Assembly: GCA_030390025.1 (NCBI GenBank)
Contig: CM059432.1
Span: 153,080,001 to 153,144,000 of the forward strand
Direction of reading: 5' to 3'
Origin: Squalus acanthias
Taxonomy: Eukaryota
Length of the DNA: 64,000 nucleotides
Positions 37,587-51,653 of this stretch are shown piece by piece (the stretch's first letter is position 1; each line of letters opens with the position of its first letter). Below the pieces are notes generated by a model. It was not told the origin of the DNA and ran no database searches. It saw only the letters and a list, made by a program, of their open reading frames with translations. A program made the translations under genes and the position numbers.

Positions 37587-38640
37587 ATGAGGGCTGTACT
37601 GACAGTCCCCCTCGCGCTCGAGTATCTTCGGGAGAGGGAGTGGAGGCAGCGAAGAAGATGCTCGCAGAGGGAGGAGGAGGAGGGCCAGGAGGGCTCTCAG
37701 CAGGAGGCCTTACCCAACTAGGGTCCTCCAAGAGCACATCGCCTACCTGCACCTAAGCGATGAGCACTGTATTAGGAGGCTTCTCTTCACCAAGGAGGTG
37801 GTCACAGAACTCTGCCACCTCCTGCAACCAGACCTGCAGTCGCAGAACACGGAGACCAGGGCTCTCCCAGTGGCCCTCAAGGTCATGTGGACTTTAATTT
37901 CTTCCCCAGCGGATCCTTCCATCTGCAGCAGGAGACATAGCTAACATCTCCTAGTTCGCCATCCATCACTGCATCCGGGAGGTCACAGAGGCTCTGCACT
38001 CCAGGAGAAAGGACTACGTTTTCTTCTCTCTGAACAGAGAGAAGCAGGAGGAGCGCGCATGCGGCTTTGCGGGCACCATATACGAATCCTGAGATGTTCC
38101 GTAACCACAAAGGCTACTACTCACTTAATGTGCAGTTGTTGTGCGACCACACCCAGCGCATCATGATGGTCAATGCCCGCTATCCTGGCAGCTGTCATGA
38201 TGCCTTCATCCTGCATCAGTCCCATCAATATCCTAGCCACAATGTCAAATGCAAGGGTGGCTGCTCGGAGACAAGGGCTATCCGCTCTGCACCTGGTGAT
38301 GACTCCCCTCTGCAACCCCACCACTCGTGCCCAGCACTGATATAATGAGAGCCATGCTGCCACCAGGAACATCATCGAGCAGACCATCGGCCTGCTGAAG
38401 CAACGGTTCCGCTGCCTTGACCGCTCGGGGGCAGCCCTCCTGTACTCGGCGGAGTGGGTGTCCCATTTCGTGGTGGTCTGCTGCATGCTCCACAACTTGG
38501 CCATCATGAGGGCGCAGCCCTTGCCACCAGGGATTGTGAGACCACCTCAGGAGGAGGAGGAGGACGAGGAGGAAGGCAGCAAATCCTCGTTCCGGACGGG
38601 CTATCCATGAACACCTCATTAGACTCCGATTCGAGTGAAT
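37587..38640 (+). pseudogene. Harbinger transposase, multiple frameshifts and deletions
   Basis: FRNHKGYYSLNVQLLCD and YPGSCHDAFIL are present. The GAID region is deleted. Collinear with H2. Confidence 0.88.
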
Positions 38641-38785
38641 GAAACCCCAGATCCCCGTTGCTCACCACATCCCCATCATACCATTCCTCTGTCATGGAGC
38701 ATCACAGCGCCCTCCTGCACACAAAACAAACATTCCAAACAAAATGAATAAATTGATCACTATTCATACAACATTACAATATGAA

Positions 38786-40635
38786 CTAATCACCCTTGTG
38801 CAATCCCTTTGTGCCTGTTGTTGTTGTGCCTTTACCTATTCTAGTGCTCCTACGCAGTGCTCCCCCAGTGGCTGCAGCACGGTTGGTGGAAGGCTGCTGT
38901 GTTTCCGTGGGGTAGACATGATGGCCTTGCAGGACGACCTCGACCAGCTGTGGAACTAGAAGTCCCGGTTGTAGACTGCACCACCTCTGCATGGGCGGCA
39001 GCAGTCTGGGCCGGCTGGTTGACAGGCAGTGGCAATGACAATGGCGGAGTGGCAGTGGTGGGAGCAGGAATGCTGTCATCCTGAGAGAGGACAGCAGGTT
39101 CTTGTTCCACAGATCCACTGCCATTCCCCCGGGGCAGTGCCTCAGCACTCCTAGCAATCTGTTGGAGGACAGATTGCTGGGCTACTGCAACACTCTGCAA
39201 GCCCTTACGACACTGGTAAATCCAGCCATGATGGCAGCAAGCTGAGCCTGCAGGACAGCAGTCTGTGCTTCCACTGCAGCACTGAGATGTTGGGTCACTT
39301 CCACCTGTGCTGGAATGGAAGCCGCGACATCGCTGAGCACACGCAGCATCATGTCTCTCCTGGAGTTGTCCATAATTTCCAGCCTGGAAATCACAGGCTT
39401 CAAGCTCTGCACAAAGCCCCGTCCAATGTTGGAGCCGGACTCCTTCATGCCCCTTGACATTGACAAGAGGCTTTCTGGCAGACTTGCCATTGCACCTACC
39501 AGTTCCGTGTGCATGCGCATCACCCTTCTTCGGAAGGCTGCCCCATTATCTGAGTCCTGTGCAGCAGAACTCGTGCGTGAACTCACCCTCCGGGGAGCTG
39601 GCCCCCGAGCTACCCTTTCCCCCGGCCTTGTTGCAGCCCACTCGTGCCCGGTACCTCACCGTGTGCAGATCAAGCAGTGCCAGTTTCTGAGCTGGAGTCT
39701 GCGACTGTCAGATGCAGTGATGGTGTGTCTTCTTCTCCACTCTCCTCCATAGCATGAGGGACAGGCTGGCCTGCTGGCAGTTCTTGGGTATCTGAAAGCA
39801 GAAAGGCACAAGAGTCAGGATGTGATGAGGGGAGGGGGGAAAGCAAGTTCTCCATTTATACAGCATCAGCAGCTTGTAAGTGAGAAGAGATTGTGGGATG
39901 AGGGGGAAGTGGGATGTGAGAAGAAGGATTAGGAATGTCCATACCGTCATTGTCAGCAAGGGCTTCAACTTTTCCGGTTCCCACGGCCTCGGTGACTTCC
40001 TCTCCAATGATGTCGCGCACGGACTGCTCCAGTTGGCTCAGGGTCTGTACAGCAGCTTGGCCGCCTCCCGTCTGCCGTTGTTCCCGGTGGTTGTGAGCCT
40101 CCTTGGCCTGCAAGAGAAAGGGAAGTGTGTCAGTGAGTGTGGGGCAATGTGTTTGAGTGATGTGCCTGCCATGGTTGAATAGCCGTCAGTGTGTGCAAGG
40201 TGTGAGATGTGGGTGTGAGTGTTGCAGCAGTGGTGAGGTTGTGAGGGTGAAGTGAAGCTGTGATTGTGAGGTCTGAGTGGTGATAGCTAGAGATTGTTGG
40301 TAGCTGAGTGCTGGGGGTGTGGTGCATTGAGCAGTGTGTGAAGCTTGTGGTGCAGATGGTGGGATATGGCATTTGCTGAAGCCTTCACTCACCTTGACCT
40401 GGCATGTGAGGTCATTAAACTTCTTTCGGCACTGTATCCATGTCCTTGGCACGACACTGCTGGCCATAACGTAGATAGCTATCTCCTGCCAAAGCCTTCT
40501 ACTGGTGGCCTTTGATGGCTTCCTGCCACCCTGGGGGAACAGGACACCCGCCTTCTCTCAACTGCCACTACTAAGGCCTCGAGTACAGCATCCGGAAACC
40601 TTCTTGCTCTCTCTCTGGGTTGTTGCTGTGCAATG
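38786..40635 (-). pseudogene. Myb/SANT-like accessory gene of H4, frameshifted
   Basis: RRFPDAVLEALV, RTWIQCRKKFNDL, exon 2 AKEAHNHREQ, C-terminus KGLHKGD. Confidence 0.85.
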
Positions 40636-41109
40636 GCTTCAGGCTGACTGACGATGAGGTGCTTCTGCAACAAAACACCTCCCCCTTAAGTAGTGCAGAG
40701 AGCCTTGGCCAAACATTACTGGCCACTAGACTGCACCCGATATTGGCCCACTTGTTCAGCACTAAACCAATCAACAGCGTGTTTAGCGCTGAGATCAGTG
40801 CTGCAATCAGTAGAATGAACAGGCAGCATGAATTTTGTGTGCTGCCTGGACCACTTTCGACGGGTGCAGGCAAATAGCGCTGGGCCTTAATACCACCCGT
40901 TTTCAGGCTTAATCCAATTTCTAGTCCTCGGTGTCGATGCACCAGTGTACATGTGCCATGCATCTGAATGCAATGAGGAGGCACCTATGATTGGCCGGTT
41001 CGGTCGCAATGAGAGTCTGAGTGGAGGTGGGAAATTATTTGCAAAGGGAATCATCTCTTTCACTTCCTTAGAAAAAACAGTCTAGTCTAGTAGCTATTTT
41101 ATTTAGTTA

Positions 41110-41470
41110 TAAAAAGGAGTGCTCATTCTGCATATTGCCTCTGTCACCTCCAGACTCGACTATTCCAATGTTCTCCTGGCTGGCCAACCATCCTTCAACC
41201 TCCATAAGCTTCAGCTCATTCAAAACTCTGCTGCCTGTATCCCATGTTGCACCAAATCCTGCTCACCCATCACCCCTGTGCTCGTTGACCTACATTGGTT
41301 CCCTGTCGGCCAACGCCTCAAGTTTAAGAATCTCATCCTCACATTTAAATCTCTTCATGGCCTTGACCCTCCCTATCTCTGTAACCTCCTTCAGATACAA
41401 AGCTCCCTCTACACCCTGAACTCTCCGTTCCTCTGATTCTTCCCTTCCAGCAGCCACTCGACAACCTCTT
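41110..41470 (+). mobile_element. L2-type LINE fragment
   Basis: ORF 41119-41436 has VTSRLDYSN..LQLIQNSAA..ITPVL..LHWFPV. Confidence 0.8.
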
Positions 41471-41799
41471 CCCACCCGTTCCAGGCCAGAGCTGGACTGG
41501 TGGAATTGAAATGAGGTCCGGGGGTTAAAATACCCTGAGCCTGAAACTTAGGCCAGCAAGTGCATTTTTCACCCGTCCTGAGCCCCTGTCCACCCAAAGC
41601 CTATTCGGGGTTAAAATTGACCCCATTGTTCCAGACAGGTTTTGAACGAACTTACCATTCTAACTACACCACACTACAAGGCTGTAGCTCAGCTGGTAGA
41701 TTCACTGCAGTGTGTGACACTGAGCCATAGGATCCTAGATTCATCCCTGGTCTGCACTGAATTAGCTGACAATAGGGACACGACAATTGCCCACAGCTT

Positions 41800-43280
41800 T
41801 CCACAACAGATACTTGTCAGGGGAAAGGTGAATGCAGTTGGTTTGTGCAGTGGGAGGAGTACTGAGTGGAGTGCCCGAGGATTTGATGCTGGAATACCTA
41901 CTGTTCTTTATCTACATTAAGGACTTAGATTCAGAAACCCAAAGCAAACTGGTCAGATTTGCGGATGAGGTTAAGCTGAGGGAAGCAGTCGATTCAGAGG
42001 AAGCAAACAGACACCTATAAAAGGAGTTAGATAAGATCTATGAATGGGGTAAGAGTGGCAGATGTAATTCAAGTGTGAAAAGTGCAAGGTATTAGACAGT
42101 GGAGAGGAGGATGGGTACAGTATGGATGGAGCAGAAACACCCCAGGTCGAAGGTGAAAAGACTCTGAAGGTGGTAACAGGTGCTCTCAAATCACTGGAGC
42201 AGCAATCGCTAATGCCAACAGCATGCTGAATTACATCGCTAGGTCAGGTGGGTATAGGTCAGAGGAAGTTATGCTAATACAACATCGTGCTCTGGTAAGT
42301 GCACAAATTGAGTATTATGTTCAGGTTTGGTCGCCAGGACATTGAGAATCATTCAAGCCATGGAGGAGGTGCAGGGAAGAGCTATGAGGCCGATCTCTAT
42401 CATCAACGGATTAAGTGATGAGGAACGATTGAAGAAACTGGAGCTCTTTAGCTTTTAAAGAAGAATACAGAGAGGAGACCTTTTATCATTACAGAAGATT
42501 TTAAATGACATAAAGAACTACTTCAAGCACTACTGCGTTCAGTTCTGGGCCCCGCACCTCAGGAAGGATTTTTTGGCCTTGGAGTGGTGGGGGGAGCAGC
42601 GCAGATTCAACAGAACGATACCGGGGCTAAAAGGGATAAATTTAGAGAACAGTTTGCATAGACTATGCCTGTATTCCCTTGAGTATAGAAGATTAAGTGT
42701 GATCTAATTGAGGTGTTTAACATGATTAAAGGAGTTGATAGGATAGATAGAGAGAAACTATTTCCTCTGCTGGGGGAGTCCCGAACAAGGGTATAACCTT
42801 CAAACTAGGTCATTCAGGGGGTGATGTCAGGAAGCACTTCTTCACACAAAGTGTAATGGAAATCTGGAACTCTCTCCCCCAAAAAGCTATTGAAGCTAGG
42901 TTAATTGAAAATTTTAAAACTGATTGATAGATTTTTGTTGGGCGAGGTTATTAAGGGTTATGGAACCAAGGCGGGTGGATGGAGTTAAGATACAGATCAG
43001 CTATGAACTAATTGAATGGCAGAACAGGCTCAAGGGGCTGAATGGCCTACTCCTATTCCTAGGTTTAAATTAGTGAAAGGACAATTTGGGACACATTTCA
43101 GAAAGAAATACTTCATACAAAGAACAATCAACATTTGGAATGGTCTTAGGTCAAGGCTGCTGATGGTTAAATATTAGATTAATTTAAGATTTAGTTGGAT
43201 GGTATGATGATGAGGGGTAATTTTTCTGAATAGATGAGTTAAGATTGGTATCCTACACCTCTATTTATCTTGTGATCTTA
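41800..43280 (+). mobile_element. Old degenerate CR1 fragment containing a younger CR1 3' fragment (~42525-43062)
   Basis: RFADEVKL (FADD relic), and the C-terminal CR1 block occurs twice, nested. Confidence 0.7.
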
Positions 43281-45316
43281 TCTTCTGATTACAATCTATT
43301 GACTTCTGCTAGAAAGTGTACCTATGGACATCAGGCGAGGACGGGCTTCCACTCAGCTGTGGTGCCCTCCACAACCACATAGCCCGCCTAGCCTTATTGT
43401 CTCGAGCGTAGCACCCAGGCGAGACAACTGCAGCAGTTAACTGTGGTAAGAGAAACATTGGTAGTTGTAAAAAGCTTCATGTTTAATCTTGTGTCTTAGA
43501 CCATCACCTAAAGTGCTTTCTTGTTTACCACAGCTGTCTAAAGCACTCCCTGTTCCTTGTGTAGAGAACCCCAGCTCTTCATGATGCAGCACATCACTTC
43601 ATGGTGGCCCCGATCCTTATTACATCTTATAACACATTTTTATGCCTCCAATATATACTGTGAGTTTCCCTTAAATATTTTATTTTAGAAATGTTACTCA
43701 TGTCTATGTACCTTAAACATAACCAGGATAGTAATAAATAACAGCAATGGATTTCACTATCTGTTTAACTAACAGTCTGTACAAACTAATACTCTACATT
43801 CTTCTATCTCTTTTTATCCTTTTCATTACTCCCATTCTTGTTTTCAGGTACACAACTGATGAAAGGAAGTTGGCCCAGAGACTGCTGAACTATCAGCACA
43901 AGCTGGAGACATCAGGGTTTGGGTCGACCCCAGTATGTTATGGGCTTCTGTAAAGTCCTAACACTCCCTCTATTGGAACTTCTGACCTGCACTATGCTTT
44001 ATACGGATCTGTGCTTTTTGCGTAACAGAATGAAATAATGTAACACAGTCTCATCGTGCTCGGATGAGTAATGGGCAGGGTACATGCCATTGCTATCCTA
44101 CCCTATCCTATCCTATACTAATCTATTTTAGACCATATTCTTATCCTATGTTGTGCTATCCTATCCTATTTTATAGTATATTATCTTGTGCTATGCTATA
44201 AGAACATAAGAATTAGGAGCAGGACTGGGCCACATGGCCCCTCGAGCCTGCTCCGCCATTCAATAAGATCATGGCTGATCTTCGACCTCAGCTCCACTTT
44301 CCCGCCCGATCTCCATCACCCTTGATTCCCCAACAGTCCAAAAATCTATCTATCGCAGCTTTGAATATACTCAATGATTTAGCATCCACAACCCTTTGGG
44401 GTAGAGAATTCCAAAGATTCACAACTCTCTGTGTGAAGAAATTCCTCCTCATCTCAGTCTTAAATGGCTGACCTTTTATCTTGAGACTATGCCCCCTAGT
44501 TCGAGACTCTCGTATCAAGCCCCCTCAGAATCTTATTATGTTTAAATGAGATCTCCTCTCATTCTTGTAAACTCCAGAGACTATAGTCCCATTCTACTCA
44601 ATCTCTCCTCATAGGACAACCCTCTCCCAAGAATCAATCTAGTGAACCTTCATTGCACCACCTCTAAGGCAAGTATATCCTTCCTCAGATAAGGAGACCA
44701 AAACTTTGCACAGTACTCCAGATGTGGTCTCACCAAAGCTCTGTAAAATTGTAGCAAGACTTCCTTACTCTTGTATTCCAACCCTCTAGCAATAAAGGCC
44801 AACATGCCATTTGCCTTCATAATGGCTTGATGTACCTGCATGCTAACTTTCTGTTTCTCCTATACAAGGACACCTAAATCTCTCTGAACACCAACATTTA
44901 ATAGTTTCTCACCATTTAAAAAATATTCTGTTTTTCTATTCTTCCTACCAAAGTGAGTAGCCTCACATTTCCCCACATTATAGTCTATCTGCCACCTTAT
45001 TGCCCACTCACTCAGTCTATCTATATCCCTTTGCAGGCTTAGTGTCCTCCTCACAGCTTACTTTCCCATCTAGCTTTGTATCATCAGCAAACTTGGATAC
45101 ATTACACTCGGTCCCTTCATCTAAATCATTAATATAGATTGTAAATAGTTGAGGCCCCAACACTGATCCTTGTGGCACCCCATTAGTTACAGCCTGCCAA
45201 CCTGAAAATGACCCATTTATCCCAACTCTCTGTTTTCTGTCCGTTAACCAATCCTCTATCCATGCTAATATATTATCCCCAAGCACATGAGCCCTTATCT
45301 TGCGTAACAACTTTTT

Positions 45317-46061
45317 GGGCGTGAAATTTGGTTGTGCCCCGTTTGGGGGCAGTAACCGAGTTAAGGCCGGACATTTAGCGCCCGGCGCAGATGTACCGCC
45401 CCGGCTGCTAAATTCGGCTTACTGCCCCGCACAGGAAGTGGAGCGCAATGTTGGGCACTCCACTTCCTGTTGTGGTGGTAACCGAGGCGATGTCGGGGCG
45501 CGATCGGCAGCGCTCAGCAGAGGCTCCACGGAGCGTTGCCGCGTTTCAACGCCCCTCCCCTTCAGTTAAAGGGGAGGGCCGCTGTGCACTCTGCAGGGCT
45601 TCCGATGGCCTTAACTAGACCACCAGGGCGGCGTGATGGCAGCCAGGACCACGCCACGGAGGGTCGACCTGCAGGTCGGCCAAAAAAAAGAAAATGGCGG
45701 TGTAGGTCGCGGCCGCACCTCCCCTTTAACTACTGCCCGTGAGCGGAGGTCGGCCCGGCTCGCGACCTGCGAGGCTGACGCTGACACCGCCCGCGGCAGC
45801 CTCTCGGGACGCAGCCGAATTTCTGCCGCGGAGCACTAAGGGAATGCCGCGCATGGCGATGGTGTCATCACCGGTGGCGCAGCAGCCCGGGGCGCTACTG
45901 GCAGGGACGCGCCGCTATCGGGTAGCGCCTCAGCAACACCCCGCCGAATTTCTCGGGAGGCACTTTTTTCGCCCCACCGCCCCCCCCCCCAGCGATAAGC
46001 CCTTTGCTAGCACCCCCTGGAGGCGCTAACGGCAGGCGTAAAGGAGTCGAATTTCTAGCCC
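45317..46061. mobile_element. CpG-rich Harbinger-type MITE, 745 bp
   Basis: TIRs GGGCGTGAAATTTG / CGAATTTCTAGCCC with TSD TTT/TTT. The CR1 rejoins as VPHKKLLRK. Confidence 0.9.
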
Positions 46062-46314
46062 TTTATGTGGCACCTTATCGAATGCTTTTTGGAAATCCAA
46101 ATACACCACATCCACTGGTTCCCCTTTATCTACCCTGCTAGTTACACCCTCAAAAAACTCTAATAAATTTGTCAAACACGATTTCCCTTTCATAAAACCA
46201 TGTTGACTCTGTCTAATCATATTATGATTTTCTATCTGCCCTATTACCACTTCCTTAATCATGGATTCCAACATTTTCCCAACGACCAATGTCAGGCTAA
46301 CTAGCCTGTAGTTC

Positions 46315-46447
46315 AAAAGCAAAATACTGCGGATGCTGGAAATCTGAAACAAAAACAGAAAATGCTGGAAATACTCAGCAGGTCAGGCAGCATCTGTGGA
46401 GAGAGAAACAGAGTTAACGTTTCAGGTCGATGACCCTTCGTCAGAAT
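46315..46447 (-). mobile_element. Short Penelope-like element terminal fragment
   Basis: 133-bp insert in the CR1 with a 9-bp TSD CTGTAGTTC/CTGTAATTC. Contains a hammerhead core. Confidence 0.75.
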
Positions 46448-46450
46448 CTG
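46409..46450 (-). ncRNA. Minimal type I hammerhead ribozyme motif
   Basis: Minus strand reads CAGAUU-CUGACGA-AGGGUC-AUC-GACCU-GAA-ACGU-U-AACUCUG. Confidence 0.7.
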
Positions 46451-48149
46451 TAATTCCCTGTTTTCTCTCTCCCTCCTTTCTTGATGGCAGGGTTACATTT
46501 GCTACCTTCCAATCCACTGGGACCATTCCAGAATCTAGGGAATTTTGGAAGATCACAACCAATGCATCCACTATCTCTTCAGCCACCTCTTTTAGTACCC
46601 TAGGATGTTGGCCGTCAGGTCCAGGGAATTTGTCGGCTTTTAGTCCCATTAGTTTCTCAAGTACTTTTTCTCTACTGATTTAATTACTTTAATTTCCTCA
46701 CTCTCATTAGTTCCCCACTATTTTTGGTATGCTTTTTGTGTCTTCTACTGTGAAGACAGATACAAAATATTTGTTTAAAGTCTCCGCCATTTTCTTATTC
46801 CCCATTATAATTTCTCTTGTCTCAGTGCCTAAGGGACCAACATTTACTTTTGCTACTCTCTTCCTTTTTACATACTTGTAGAAGCTCTTACAAGCTGTTT
46901 TTATATTTCTTGCTCATTTTCTCTCATATTCTATTTTCTCCCTTTTAATCAATTTTTTGGTCATCCTATATGATACAATACTGCTATTCTATGCTACACT
47001 ATCCTATCCCATCATATATTACACTATACTGTAATCTTATCCTATCCCACCCAATGGTATACTACCACATGCTATATTATCCAATTCTATTCCATCCCAT
47101 CTCATCTCATTCCATTCATATCATATCCTATCTTATCCTATTGTATTGTACCCAATGATATACTATTGTATACTATCCTATCCTATCTCATTCCATCCCA
47201 CCCTATGCTACCCAATACTATCCTATACCATCCCATCCTATCCTATTCTATCGAGTGATTTATTACCATATCCTATATTATACGATTGAGAGATCTGTCA
47301 TATTTCAAATCATTAAATATTTCTTAGGGGTGATTTCATGATTTGGTGAGGAGCTACTTGTTGGGCAGACCATTCCCTGCAATGAGATAGAGTCACAGTA
47401 GTCACACTTGTGGTTTTTGATTTAGCTACTCAGCTCTGTGCATTCCTCACTTCCCCCAGCCCCAACCAGGTGAGGTACCCAGTGCTGACCCATGAGCCCA
47501 TGACCAGAGACACTTAGCCACAAGGCTGCTGGACTGATTGAATATCCAATTCCAATTCCAAATGTTTGTTATATTCAGCCATTATTATTCTTACACAGAC
47601 ATGTTCTCTAGTACACTGACATGGAATAGGCTTCTTGGGAATCTGTCTTTAGAAGTAAAGCAATCCATTAATTGGCAAGTCTGGAATGATTGCCATGGTT
47701 TTCAATGGATCTGTTACACACAAGCTTACATAAACTACTGCTTTCATTGTGGCTAGAAGAGATGTGTTGGATCAGGTATACTAAATCAACTGGAATGTCT
47801 ATGTTCTTCTGCTTCAACATTTCCATCCACATTTCTTCCCTACGTTATTGTTACAATTTCAGGCTTTTGTAAAACCATTTTCTCTCTCAAAGGTTTCACA
47901 GAAGTTCCCCATAGAAAGTCTTATTCTCTATAATCCAGAAGCATTACCTTTTCTATTAACCTTGCACAGTTATATGACCCCAGATTGCCAATAACTTGCA
48001 GTAATACATTTGTTGGATTATACAATAATGGGAATTAATCCAATTGATCTTTGGAACATAAGCCACCCTCGAAACTGTATTTTGAACTGGCATGAACACA
48101 ATCCAGATATTTGTGACATTTATGTTGTGAGATGAAACCAGATACACAA

Positions 48150-48803
48150 ATCTTTGAAGCTGGCAGAACAAGTTGATAAGGCTATTAAAAAAGCAAGATC
48201 CTTGGCTCTATAAAAAGGGACATTGAGTACTAAAGCAAGGGTGTTATGCTAAACCTTTATAAATCACTGGTTAGACCACAATTCTGCGCACCACACTTTA
48301 GAAAGGATGTCAAAGCCTTGGAGAGAGTGCAGAGGAGATTTACTGGAATGGTGCTAGCGATGAGGGACTTCAGGTATGTGGAGAGACTAGAGAGCTGGGG
48401 TTGTTCTCCTTAGAGCATAGAAGGTTAAGGGGAGATTTATTAGAGGTTTCCAATATTATGAAGGGTTTTGATAAGAGTAGAGAGACTGTTTCCACTGTCA
48501 GGAGGATCGATAACTAGAGGACACAGATTTAAGATAATTGGCGAAAGAACCAGGGGGGAAATGAGGAATCTTTTTTTTTACACGGTGAGTTGTTATGATC
48601 TGGAATGCGTTGCCTGAAAGGGCGGTGGAAGCAGATTCAATAGTAACTTTCAAAAGGGAATTTGATCTATACTTAAAAAGGAAAAATTTGCAGGGCTATG
48701 GGGAAAAAGCAGGGGTGTGGGACTAATTGGATAGCTTTTTCAAGGAGCCGGCACAGGCATGATGGGACAAATGGCCTCCTTCTGTGCTGCAAGATTCTGT
48801 GAT
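48150..48803 (+). mobile_element. CR1 3' fragment, degenerate
   Basis: Collinear with 2300-2990, including the 3'UTR. Confidence 0.85.
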
Positions 48804-51653
48804 CACTTTAGTTCAGATTATGTGACTGTATAGTAGGAGCACGCCATCCATCATTGTTTCACACGAGACTCACTGCCTGCAAAAGAAAATGGACATGATT
48901 GTCCTTATCCACTCTACTCCTGCATATTATATACAATAATACTGATAGAAATGCTTGACACATTGTGGGGTTCAAAGGGTGTTAATAAACTTATATTACA
49001 GTTTCCGACATCTCCTTGAACACTACTAGCTTTTAACACACTACAGCAATTTTGTTATCAGGTCCCAGAAGTGTGTTATCATCTTTGTAACAACTGCTGG
49101 TTCATGTAATACACTGATGCCTTTGTCATATCCTTTGTGCTTTCCTCCATGGAATACACTTAAACCAATGTGTTATACAATATGTAATACACTACAGCCT
49201 TTGTGATATTTGTCTGTTTTTCTTAACTGAACATTCCAAGCACTTTTTCTCCCTATAAATATTTTTTGCAACCATTCCTGAGCCAAGGCATTGGCTGGCC
49301 AGGGTCTCAAGATCTATTCATGTCCATTACTAACAATTATCTTTATGTTGGCTTGCCAGGAGTTATACTTACTGCAGAAATGTACAGCTAATATCAAATC
49401 CACCTCTTTTCACAGTGGCTACATTTCTGAAAAAAGATACAGGCAATGTCAACTCATCAACTCTGCCAAACCCCCACCCTTCCCTCCCTCTCCCCGCAAG
49501 TAGTTAAAAATAAATGGTAATCATGTTAACTTGTTATTGAAACAAAAGCCAGTTCAACCTGCTTGTGTTCAGCTTCTTTTGTGTGACTCACCTCACTGAT
49601 CATTATTAACATGATCTGGGTAATGAGTGGGCACGACGATTGACTCAACTCCTTTTCCCATTTAATACTACAAAGTCATTAATGGTTCGTGTTGTTGTCG
49701 GGCTGTAACTAAAATAATGAGTCATCTGTTGCAGACCTGTGAAGGTGATTCGTCGCATGTTTCTACCTGTGTTGTCTGCCAAGGCAACACTTCGGAGTGT
49801 TTACTGAGGCAAACTGTCTGCTGTGGTCAAGACACTGTTTAAATACTACGGGAATGTCTGAGGAGGAGAGTTCAGTTTGAACCCATGTTTGGGAGCTATT
49901 AAACTTGACAAATATGTTAAATATGCAATGAGTTACCAGCTGCCGCCTGTTGAACTGCTTAAAGTAGTGCATGGGTAGGAAGGCTATTTGCATATCTTGT
50001 AGTATGTGCTTGTGAATGGGAAAGTTTTGCATTACACTGTGCTGTGCTGTGCTTGCCTTATCAAATTGAGGTTTACAGCAACATTATTACCACATGCAAC
50101 AGTAGCAAGATATTTCAAATTGCTGGACTAGTCTGCTGTGTTCTTTATCTGGTATTTCATTAAAAGGTGTTAACTGAACATCTTACAATAAAAGCACACA
50201 CATTCCACATCATTTCTTTTCCATTTTCGCGAAGCTAAGTGGCGTTATGCAGATTAGATCTGTGACTTTGGTAAACAACAATTCCTGCAACATCAAGCTT
50301 GTTGTGGCAAAGGTTTCCAAACACTAACTTTCAAAAGGGAATTGGATATATAATTGAGAAGGAACGATTTGCAGGGCTATGTGGAAGGAGCAGGGGAGTG
50401 GGATGAATGGGATTGCTCTTTGAAAGGGCCAAATTACCTCTTTCTGTGCTGTAATATTCTATAATTCTATTCTATGACTGATGGCCTGATAGAATGCATT
50501 AACAAACTTTTGAAAGTGAAATCCAACACAGGCAGCCAGAATTTCAATTATTTAGCAATCAACTCTTGATGATATGTTAAACTCTGATAAACTAATTTTC
50601 CAGACATGTACAATAAATTGTTCACTTTGTTTTCCTGTGTTTTGACTGTGGTTTCTCAGGTGGAGAAATGACTAAAGAATACATTGTGGATATAAGTGAT
50701 CAGACATGTGGGCAGGACACTGAAGTGTGGGGAAGTGTGGCAGACCTGAAAAAACACAGATGGTTCATAAGTATCAAAACTGTGGTAAAAATGACTGGGC
50801 TGGGAAATGAGACACAAAGAGGATGTGAGGTAATGAATGAGACACTCTGAGTGGAAAATACAGACCTGGGCAAACAGCTGGGCAAGACTAACAGTTTATA
50901 ATTCAGGTCACAACTGATACTATTACAGTAGCATTAAGAGTTCACTTATACAAGTGTATTTATAGAGTACAATATCAACAAACTGACAGCTACATAGTGT
51001 AGAAAGTTGCAAAGGGACATTGATAGATTCAGTGAGTGGACAAAACTGTGGCAGATGGATTCAATGTGGGGAAATGTGAGGTCACCCACTGTGGACCTAA
51101 GAAAGATCGATCAGAGTATTTTCTAAATGGTGAGAAGCTGGGAACTGTGGAGGAGCCAAGAGATTTAGGGGTCCACGTATAGAAATCACTAAAAGCTAGT
51201 GGACAGATATAAAAATAATTAAAAAGGCGAATGGAATGATAACCTTTATTAGCAGGGGACTGGAATACAAATACAAATACCTGGACAGAGGGACCTGGGA
51301 GCTAATGTGCATAGGTCCCTGAAGGTGGTGGGACATATTGAGAGAGTGGTTAGCAAAGCATATGGGATCTTGGGTTTCATAAATACTTGTCTTGGGGTCG
51401 GGTTGGGGTCGTGTTACCCACATTTCGTGTTGCCCCCCCGACTCCAGATTAATGTGGATGAATGATGCGATTTTAACTTAATTGGCCAATTGAGTTCCAA
51501 CATGTGGGAACCCATGGCCAATGAGTTATTCCAGTCTGAAAGTCGCCTCCGATGATGTCATCATTGCTGCTGTATTTAAGGTCTGCAATAAGCCTTGCTT
51601 CCTCTGCAGGCTGCCAAGCTTTTGGACCTCTAATCTAAAAACCTGCAGCAGGA

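Larger units (their letters stand above)
37083..40927. mobile_element. PIF/Harbinger transposon H4 (same family as H1, degenerate)
   Basis: TIRs GGCCTAGAAATT / AATTTCTAGTCC, flanks TAG/TCG. Confidence 0.92.
44197..46965 (-). mobile_element. 5'-truncated CR1 inserted in a (CTATC)n-like simple repeat; hosts a MITE and a Penelope fragment
   Basis: ORFs 44288-46649 carry RT motifs. The degenerate pentamer repeat lies on both flanks (44090-44197, 46965-47280). Confidence 0.92.

Noticed and set aside
49763..50032. 89-aa ORF in the unique island
   Set aside because: It has no recognisable domain or convincing splice structure.
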